This document shows, one piece after another, positions 57,895 through 64,000 of a stretch of DNA of 64,000 nucleotides. The stretch's first letter is position 1; every line of letters starts with the position of its first letter. A program made the position numbers and the translations under genes. This stretch comes from Nitrospiria bacterium (GTDB taxonomy: Bacteria; Nitrospirota; Nitrospiria; DASWJH01): positions 5,020 through 69,019 of the forward strand of contig DASWJH010000046.1 of NCBI GenBank assembly GCA_036397255.1. Direction: 5' to 3'. A model generated the notes under the pieces. It ran no database searches, was not told where the DNA came from, and saw only the letters and a list, made by a program, of their open reading frames with translations.

Positions 57895-58587
57895 TTACCC
57901 TGAATCTTTCATTAATACAAGGATAGAGTTCATTACTTCATCCACAATGACCTGGGAAACCTCTTTGGTATTTGGAACATGATCAAATGAAGAAAAATTC
58001 AAAGAGGGTCCGTAGGTAATAATTATTTTCCGAAAAAATCGAGGCCAAAATCTTCCTTTGGGCAACACCTGCTCCGTTCCCTGAAGCAAAACTGGAATGA
58101 TTTTATTCGGTTTTCCAAAATGAATCACCCTGCCAACACCAGGTCTTCCTGGCAATAAATCCCCTGTTGGTGAACGCCTTCCCTCTGGGGCAATAACAAG
58201 GACATTATCCTTCGCCATTTGGACCATAGAATCCATAGCCATCTGGTCCTGCTGACCTCTCCGGACAGGAAAGGCACCCCAGGAATATAAAAGGTAACGA
58301 AGGAATGAATTTTTAAAGAGCTCTTCTTTAGCCGGGGCTTTCCACCAAACCGGGGAAAAAAAAGGCATGCTGGTTACCCCAATGACAAAGGGGTCTATCG
58401 CCGAAATATGATTGTAGAGAAAAAGAACCCCTCTTTCCCCTTTTTTCGGAATGTTTTCCTTCCCCAGTATGGTCACATGATTAAAGATCCGCAAAAGCAC
58501 AATCCAAAAGGAAAGGCCAAAGAAATGCCACAGGTTTAAGAAAAAATGAGGCCCTTTTGAAAATGGATTGGTCACGTCTCCAAGCAT
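57895..58587 (-). CDS. plsC: 1-acyl-sn-glycerol-3-phosphate acyltransferase-like (lysophospholipid acyltransferase)
   Basis: HxxxxD-type motif (NHISAIDP) and APEGRRSPTG. Confidence 0.75.
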   Translation of the reverse strand: MLGDVTNPFSKGPHFFLNLWHFFGLSFWIVLLRIFNHVTILGKENIPKKGERGVLFLYNHISAIDPFVIGVTSMPFFSPVWWKAPAKEELFKNSFLRYLLYSWGAFPVRRGQQDQMAMDSMVQMAKDNVLVIAPEGRRSPTGDLLPGRPGVGRVIHFGKPNKIIPVLLQGTEQVLPKGRFWPRFFRKIIITYGPSLNFSSFDHVPNTKEVSQVIVDEVMNSILVLMKDSG

Positions 58588-58819
58588 TTACCTTTTTCCC
58601 TTATATTTTCTGAAATCTTTTAGGCTGACTTAAATTATTTTTTATAATTAATTTCATAAAGCGGATTAGTTTCGGCCCGAGCGAATGGATTCCAAAATGT
58701 CGAAAAGTTGAAAAATCTGATGTAAAAGGAAGGTTTTTTTTTATAAAGAGAAGCCCATCATCGGGCGAGGGAAAAGCGGAATGGGGGGCAACACCCATTA
58801 GGGAGTTGCCCCCAACCGA

Positions 58820-59137
58820 TTATTTCTTTCTTTTTGGTTTTTTAGCCGCTTTTTTTGTTGTTTTTGTTGTTTTTGCCTTTGTTACTTTTTTGGTTTTCTT
58901 TTTTGCTCGCCCACCCCGAGCCATTTTGGTCCGAGAGACATCACCCTGCTTGTCAATGAAGTATAGAAACCCTGCCTCACGCTTGACAGCAGTTTTTGTG
59001 ACCTTCACAGGCTTGGATGGCTTGTGTTTGCCACCCCCGCGAGCCATTTTGGCTTTGGAGACATCTCCTTGTTTGTCTAAATAATAAAGCCAACCCTTTT
59101 CTCGCTTGATTCCGGCTTTTGCAACTTTCTGTGCCAT
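58820..59137 (-). CDS. Histone H1-like lysine-rich DNA-binding protein with a duplicated N-terminal motif
   Basis: Two 27-aa repeats (KREKGWLYYLDKQGDVSKAKMARGG and KREAGFLYFIDKQGDVSRTKMARGG) followed by a K/A/T-rich tail (AKKKTKKVTKAKTTKTTKKAAKKPKRKK). Confidence 0.6.
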   Translation of the reverse strand: MAQKVAKAGIKREKGWLYYLDKQGDVSKAKMARGGGKHKPSKPVKVTKTAVKREAGFLYFIDKQGDVSRTKMARGGRAKKKTKKVTKAKTTKTTKKAAKKPKRKK

Positions 59138-59210
59138 ATGTTCTCACCTCCTTTAGCTTTTGGATTTCTTCTGTTCCACCACCGATAGTGTCACCCTCTG
59201 GAAAACGGCC

Positions 59211-60983
59211 CTATTCTACACGATCTAATTTAATATGCAACTCTTTTAATTGTTTTGGATCTACTTTGCTGGGGGCCTCTGTAAGAGGGCAAATGGCCTT
59301 TTGGGTCTTTGGAAATGCGATAACATCCCGAATAGATTCCGCCCCACTGAGGAGCATGATCAGACGGTCTAACCCAAATGCAATTCCCCCGTGGGGAGGA
59401 GCCCCAAAATCCAGCGCATCCAATAAAAAACCAAATTTTTCCCTGGACTCTTTTTCATCCATTTTTAATAAAGTAAAGATTTTTTTTTGCATTTCTTGAC
59501 GATGAATACGGATACTCCCCCCTCCCACTTCCTGTCCATTCAACACGAGATCATAGGCACGGGAACGGACCTTAAGAGGGTCGGTATCCAATAAGGGAAT
59601 ATCTTCCTCTTTGGGGGCAGTAAAGGGATGATGAATAGCCACAAACCGTTTTTCAACAGAATCAAATTCAAATAAGGGAAAATCGGTTATCCAAACTGGA
59701 GAAAATTGATTTTGATCAATTAACCCCTTTTTCTCCGAAAGGCTTAAGCGAATTTGGCCCAAGGTTTGGTGGACAACTTTTTGTTGGTCAGCAACAAAAA
59801 ACAGTAAATCGCCCTCTTCTCCACTGAGTTGAGCGGAGATTTGCTCCAGGATATCAGGTTCAAAAAATTTAGCAATCGGGGAGTCATATCCTTTTTGGGT
59901 AACCTTTATCCAGGCCAGCCCTTTTGCGCCTAATGACTTTGCTTTTTCCACCCACGCATCTAATTCGCTCCTGGAAAACTGGGCGAATCCCTTTGCGTTT
60001 AAACCTTTGACATACCCTCCCTGCTTTAACGCATCCTGAAAAACCTTAAATTTTCCATTTTGAACCACAGCAGATAAATCCTTTATTTCCAACCCAAAAC
60101 GAAGATCCGGTTTATCGGTTCCATAACGGTTCAAAGCCTGATGGTATGAAATTCTTTGAAAAGGACGGTCTAATTCAATTCCTTTTGTTTCTCTAAAAAC
60201 AGTCGAAACAAGATCTTCCATTAGGCTGAGGATATCCTCCTCCTGGATAAAAGACATTTCGACATCCACTTGAGTAAACTCGGGTTGTCGATCCGCCCGA
60301 AGATCTTCATCGCGAAAACACCTAACGACCTGGTAATACCGTTCAAACCCGGAAATCATAAGAAGTTGCTTGAAGAGCTGGGGGGATTGGGGAAGTGCGA
60401 AAAAAGTCCCAGGATTCACACGGCTTGGAACCAGATAATCTCGCGCCCCTTCAGGGGTACTCTTGGTTAAAAAAGGGGTCTCAATCTCCAAAAACCCATT
60501 CCTGTGAAGAAATTCCCTGAAACCTCGAACCGCCTGGTGTCTTAATTGAAAAATTTTCTGGATGGAGGGTCTCCTTAGATCCAAATAACGGTATTTCAAC
60601 CGGACCAATTCTGAAACATCGCTCTCCTCCTCTATGGAAAAAGGAAGGGGTCTTGATGGGTTCACAATTTCAATGAAATCGGCCAAAATTTCAATTTCAC
60701 CGGTTTTAATATCAGGATTAATGGTTCCCTCGGGCCGTTTCACCACCTTCCCCGAAACGGCAAGAATAAATTCGTTTCTTACTTCATGGGCAACGTGGTG
60801 GGCGTCTGTGTCGCTTGCCGGGTTGAATACCACCTGTGTAATCCCTTCCCGATCACGAAGGTCTAAAAAAATCAATCCTCCATGGTCTCTTCGTCGGTGA
60901 ACCCAACCTGAAATATAAACTATTTCCCCAACCTCATGGGGTGTAAGCGCTCCACAGGAGTGGGAACGTTTAAAGCCTGTCAT
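59211..60983 (-). CDS. aspS: Aspartyl-tRNA synthetase
   Basis: Class II aaRS motifs and an N-terminal OB fold. The start is taken at the Met that overlaps the rluB stop (TGATG). The ORF-table start is a GTG extension. Confidence 0.9.
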   Translation of the reverse strand: MTGFKRSHSCGALTPHEVGEIVYISGWVHRRRDHGGLIFLDLRDREGITQVVFNPASDTDAHHVAHEVRNEFILAVSGKVVKRPEGTINPDIKTGEIEILADFIEIVNPSRPLPFSIEEESDVSELVRLKYRYLDLRRPSIQKIFQLRHQAVRGFREFLHRNGFLEIETPFLTKSTPEGARDYLVPSRVNPGTFFALPQSPQLFKQLLMISGFERYYQVVRCFRDEDLRADRQPEFTQVDVEMSFIQEEDILSLMEDLVSTVFRETKGIELDRPFQRISYHQALNRYGTDKPDLRFGLEIKDLSAVVQNGKFKVFQDALKQGGYVKGLNAKGFAQFSRSELDAWVEKAKSLGAKGLAWIKVTQKGYDSPIAKFFEPDILEQISAQLSGEEGDLLFFVADQQKVVHQTLGQIRLSLSEKKGLIDQNQFSPVWITDFPLFEFDSVEKRFVAIHHPFTAPKEEDIPLLDTDPLKVRSRAYDLVLNGQEVGGGSIRIHRQEMQKKIFTLLKMDEKESREKFGFLLDALDFGAPPHGGIAFGLDRLIMLLSGAESIRDVIAFPKTQKAICPLTEAPSKVDPKQLKELHIKLDRVE

Positions 60984-61708
60984 CAGCGGGAACCCCACTT
61001 CCTGAGGAGGGTGACCTCCTTTGGATTTAAAAATCGGAATTCTCCCACGGAAAGGCCTTTTAAATTTAAGGGACCATAGGCCACACGTTTGAGTTTTATA
61101 ACCCAGTGACCTACGGCTTCAAACATTCGCTTAACTTGTCGGTTTCTTCCCTCGTGAAGGGTCATTTCTATCCAAGAATTCTTTTCAGTAAGCCCTTTTT
61201 TTTTGACACTGACGGGAACCGCTTTTTTTCCACCAATCTTTACCCCTTTAGTAAGTTTTTCAAGGACGTTTTCGGGTATTTCTCCTCTAATTTTGGCAAG
61301 ATAGGTTTTGGGGATTTCGTGCTTAGGATGCATTAGAGTTTGGGAAAAATCCCCATCGTTGGTAATAATTAAAATTCCCTCGGTATCGAAGTCGAGCCGG
61401 CCAACCGGATAAACCCTTTGGCGTATTCCCTTGAGAAGCTGGATCACGGTGGGACGGCCCTGGGGATCATGTAAAGAGGTAATAAATCCGCGGGGTTTAT
61501 AAAGAAGAATATAGACCTTTCCGGGAGAAGGATTGATTTTTTTTCCATTGACGCAGATTCGATCCTTTAAAATATCAGCCTTGGCCCCCAGGGTATTGAC
61601 CCTATGGCCGTTCACGGTTACTTTTCCAGAATCAATTAACTGTTCGGCCTTGCGGCGGGAAGTTATTCCAGCCTGGGATATAATTTTTTGAAGACGTTCT
61701 TCCATCAT
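60983..61708 (-). CDS. rluB: 23S rRNA pseudouridine synthase, RsuA/RluB family
   Basis: N-terminal S4 domain (RLQKIISQAGITSRRKAEQLI) and the catalytic motif PVGRLDFDTEG. Confidence 0.85.
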   Translation of the reverse strand: MMEERLQKIISQAGITSRRKAEQLIDSGKVTVNGHRVNTLGAKADILKDRICVNGKKINPSPGKVYILLYKPRGFITSLHDPQGRPTVIQLLKGIRQRVYPVGRLDFDTEGILIITNDGDFSQTLMHPKHEIPKTYLAKIRGEIPENVLEKLTKGVKIGGKKAVPVSVKKKGLTEKNSWIEMTLHEGRNRQVKRMFEAVGHWVIKLKRVAYGPLNLKGLSVGEFRFLNPKEVTLLRKWGSR

Positions 61709-61866
61709 TTTTTAATCGTTTATCCTCGGAGTGCAGGGACTATAACAAAAAGAGAGAAATAAGGCAATCCTTATTCAAATGGGAAACCTGGAGCGCAAAG
61801 GAATTTTAAAATGGGTGGAGGGCCCGAACGATTCGGAATTGTTTTTTCCATGTCTTATTTTGAAAA

Positions 61867-62100
61867 TTAACGCTCCCGGCATTGATCCCATGGAACCATT
61901 ACAACTTTTTCCGGTGAGATATCGGATTCTAAACATTCAATCATTCGGCCATTTTGGAGTTCGACCTTCCAAGCGGGTTGCTCATTTATTTGTATGGCCT
62001 TAACCAATCGCCCCCGAAATTCCCTTACCACGATGATTTCTTGGGAATCTGGGGTTTGCTTTTTGGTTCCCTTCACTTTAATGTTTTCCCCTGGATTCAT
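61867..62100 (-). CDS. Small hypothetical protein, possibly with an S1/IF1-like OB fold
   Basis: 77 aa. It resembles IF1 only weakly (KVKGT...WKVELQNGRMIECL versus E. coli MQGTV..FRVELENGHVVTAH). No confident assignment. Confidence 0.3.
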   Translation of the reverse strand: MNPGENIKVKGTKKQTPDSQEIIVVREFRGRLVKAIQINEQPAWKVELQNGRMIECLESDISPEKVVMVPWDQCRER

Positions 62101-62194
62101 TTTTCTCTCCCTGAAAATTATTAAAATAACTCCCTAATGAGGGTGCGTCTTTCCCATGTTCTTATCATAAGAAAGGGTTTTAAATTTGTAAGGG

Positions 62195-63769
62195 CTACTC
62201 CCATTCGATAGTACTTGGAGGTTTGGATGAAATATCATAGACCACTCGGTTTATTCCTTTGACCTCATTGATGATTCGATTGGAAAGGAGTCCCAGGAGG
62301 TCATAGGATAAACGCACCCAGTCTGCCGTCATGCCATCAGTGCTATGGACCGCCCTAATCGCAATCACATAGTCATAGGTTCTTTCATCTCCCATAACCC
62401 CGACGGTTTTTATCGGTAATAGGACCGCAAAAACCTGCCATATCTTCCGAGTCAGCCCCTCCTTTTCGATTTCTTCCGTTACAATATGGTCTGCTTTTTT
62501 AAGCATTTCCAGGCGTTCTTTGGTGATGGGTCCTAGCACCCGAACGGCCAAACCGGGACCTGGAAAAGGTTGTCGCCATAGAAGACCCTGAGAAAGCCCC
62601 AACTCTTTTCCTACTTTTCTAACCTCGTCTTTAAAAAGTTCCCGTAAAGGTTCGATTAACCTTAATCGCATCTTTAGAGGAAGGCCCCCCACATTATGAT
62701 GGGTTTTAATGGTAGCAGAAGGTCCCTTAAACGACACGCTTTCGATGACATCGGGGTAAAGGGTTCCTTGAACCAAAAATTTCACTTTCCCAATGGACCG
62801 GGCTTCCTTTTCAAATATCCGGATAAATTCATTTCCAATAATTTTTCTTTTTCGCTCAGGGTCATTTACATTCTTTAATTTTGTTAAAAATGAATCCGTT
62901 GCATCCACATACCGAATATTGAGATTTAACTCCTTTCGATAGGTTTCCAAAACCTGGTCCGATTCCCTAAATCGAAGGAGCCCATTGTTGATAAAGACGG
63001 AGGTTAATTGTTTTCCAATGGCTTTATGGACCAGAGTGGCCGCAACGGAAGAATCCACCCCGCCACTTATTGCACAAATCACTTTTTCTTTTCCGACCGT
63101 TTTTCGAATTTCTTCGATACTCTGGTTAACGAAGGACCGCATGGTCCATTTGGGTTGGCATCCACAAACCCCAAATATAAACCCATTTAAAATCTCCTTT
63201 CCCATAGGGGTATGAACCACCTCAGGATGAAACTGTAAACCAAAAAACCCTCGATGGGGATTCCCCATGGCTGCATAAGGGGAGTTTTCCGTGTGGGCCA
63301 TAGGAGAGAATCCTGTTGGGAGAGCCTCAATTCGATCACCATGACTCATCCAGACGGTGTTTTTCTTTCGATCTCCATCAGTTCGTGAGAGGTGTTCCAT
63401 AATTCCCTGAAAAAGAATTCCGGGGTCGTCAATTTTAAGCTCTGATGGGCCATACTCTCTTCGTTGGGCTTTTCCCACTTTACCTCCCAAAAGATGGGTC
63501 ATCAATTGCATTCCATAGCATATCCCCAAAATTGGGATACCGAGGTTAAAAATCCCTTTATGGATAAGAGGGGCTCCTTTTTCATAGACACTGGAAGGGC
63601 CACCAGACAAAATAATCCCTTGGGGTTTAAAATCCGTTAATTTACGAAAGGGAACCGTACAAGGTTGTATTTCGGAATAAACGGAACTTTCCCGGATTCG
63701 GCGGGCAATGAGTTGGGTATATTGGGAACCAAAATCAACAATTAAAATCTTATCAAATGTTTTATCCAT
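62195..63769 (-). CDS. guaA: GMP synthase (glutamine-hydrolysing)
   Basis: N-terminal GATase (ICYGMQ), ATP-PPase motif SGGVDSSV, and the C-terminal ...IEWE. Confidence 0.9.
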   Translation of the reverse strand: MDKTFDKILIVDFGSQYTQLIARRIRESSVYSEIQPCTVPFRKLTDFKPQGIILSGGPSSVYEKGAPLIHKGIFNLGIPILGICYGMQLMTHLLGGKVGKAQRREYGPSELKIDDPGILFQGIMEHLSRTDGDRKKNTVWMSHGDRIEALPTGFSPMAHTENSPYAAMGNPHRGFFGLQFHPEVVHTPMGKEILNGFIFGVCGCQPKWTMRSFVNQSIEEIRKTVGKEKVICAISGGVDSSVAATLVHKAIGKQLTSVFINNGLLRFRESDQVLETYRKELNLNIRYVDATDSFLTKLKNVNDPERKRKIIGNEFIRIFEKEARSIGKVKFLVQGTLYPDVIESVSFKGPSATIKTHHNVGGLPLKMRLRLIEPLRELFKDEVRKVGKELGLSQGLLWRQPFPGPGLAVRVLGPITKERLEMLKKADHIVTEEIEKEGLTRKIWQVFAVLLPIKTVGVMGDERTYDYVIAIRAVHSTDGMTADWVRLSYDLLGLLSNRIINEVKGINRVVYDISSKPPSTIEWE

Positions 63770-64000
63770 GAGAAAATTAACGGAAGGAATACATGAAGTT
63801 CTTTTTTGGGAATGGGTCCGGACCCGATACGGGGTGGGAATTATCGGAATTATTTGTTTTAAATTTCAGTTTTCAAACTCCATGTTAAAATTTTAGAAAG
63901 GGATAATTATGTAGACTGATGAGGAGAGCCAATGGGAGAGAAAAGTTACATTTCCCACTCTCGGCGGTAATTGGGCGCCTCTTTTGTAATGATCACATCA

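Noticed and set aside
58806-59084. ORF 58806..59084 (+), 92 aa
   Set aside because: It is antisense to the lysine-rich histone-like gene. Low-complexity Lys/Ala codons (AAA/GCN) read as Phe-rich on the opposite strand.

Overview
This 64 kb window comes from a Gram-negative bacterium that makes LPS/KDO, with moderately low GC. I would guess an uncultured Nitrospirae/Nitrospinae-like lineage, but the sequence alone cannot confirm that. Most of the window is conserved housekeeping operons: pyrR (behind a classic PyrR attenuator)-pyrB-pyrC-carA-[sppA]-carB-greA; lepA-lepB; hldE(kinase)-kdsB-pyrG-kdsA-kdsD-kdsC; pgsA-plsY; mtaB/miaB; rsmD-coaD-aat; purE-purD-purH; plsC; aspS-rluB; and guaA.

The first ~5 kb is accessory-like. 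It holds a partial sugar-transferase gene at the window edge, a GxxExxY protein, an Xre/RES toxin-antitoxin pair, palindromic MITE-like repeats (GTCATTCCCG...CGGGAATCCAG family), a 118-bp tandem duplication, and tRNA-Arg(CCT) flanked by two paralogous zinc-ribbon proteins.

The most interesting part is a c-di-GMP-themed module at 7-18.6 kb. It contains a PAS-GGDEF-EAL membrane sensor, a CBS-GGDEF cyclase, a Wza-like polysaccharide exporter, and a 1155-aa secreted protein built of about 11 fibronectin-III-like modules encoded by near-identical 288-bp DNA repeats. In the 5' leader of that adhesin gene, on the minus strand, are three tandem c-di-GMP-I (GEMM-I)-type riboswitch aptamers. The consensus of copies 2/3 reads GCAAACC-CAUC-GAAA-GGUG-GAGACGCAGAGC-ACCGGGGCUAA (copy 1 has two substitutions). 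Each aptamer has its own intrinsic terminator, and all three lie behind a single TTGACA-N17-TAATTT promoter. The P1 helix and the terminator stem compete for the same CAAAGG tract, which implies three serial ligand-ON transcriptional gates.

The nucleotide that aligns with ligand-specifying G20 appears to be A in all three copies, which raises the possibility of a GEMM-Ib (3',3'-cGAMP) or promiscuous specificity. Other notable items are a NirK-family cupredoxin that retains all Cu ligands but has lost the catalytic Asp/His, a lysine-rich histone-H1-like protein with an internally duplicated N-terminal motif, and a DUF4388 protein paired with a large TPR/Zn-ribbon membrane protein.
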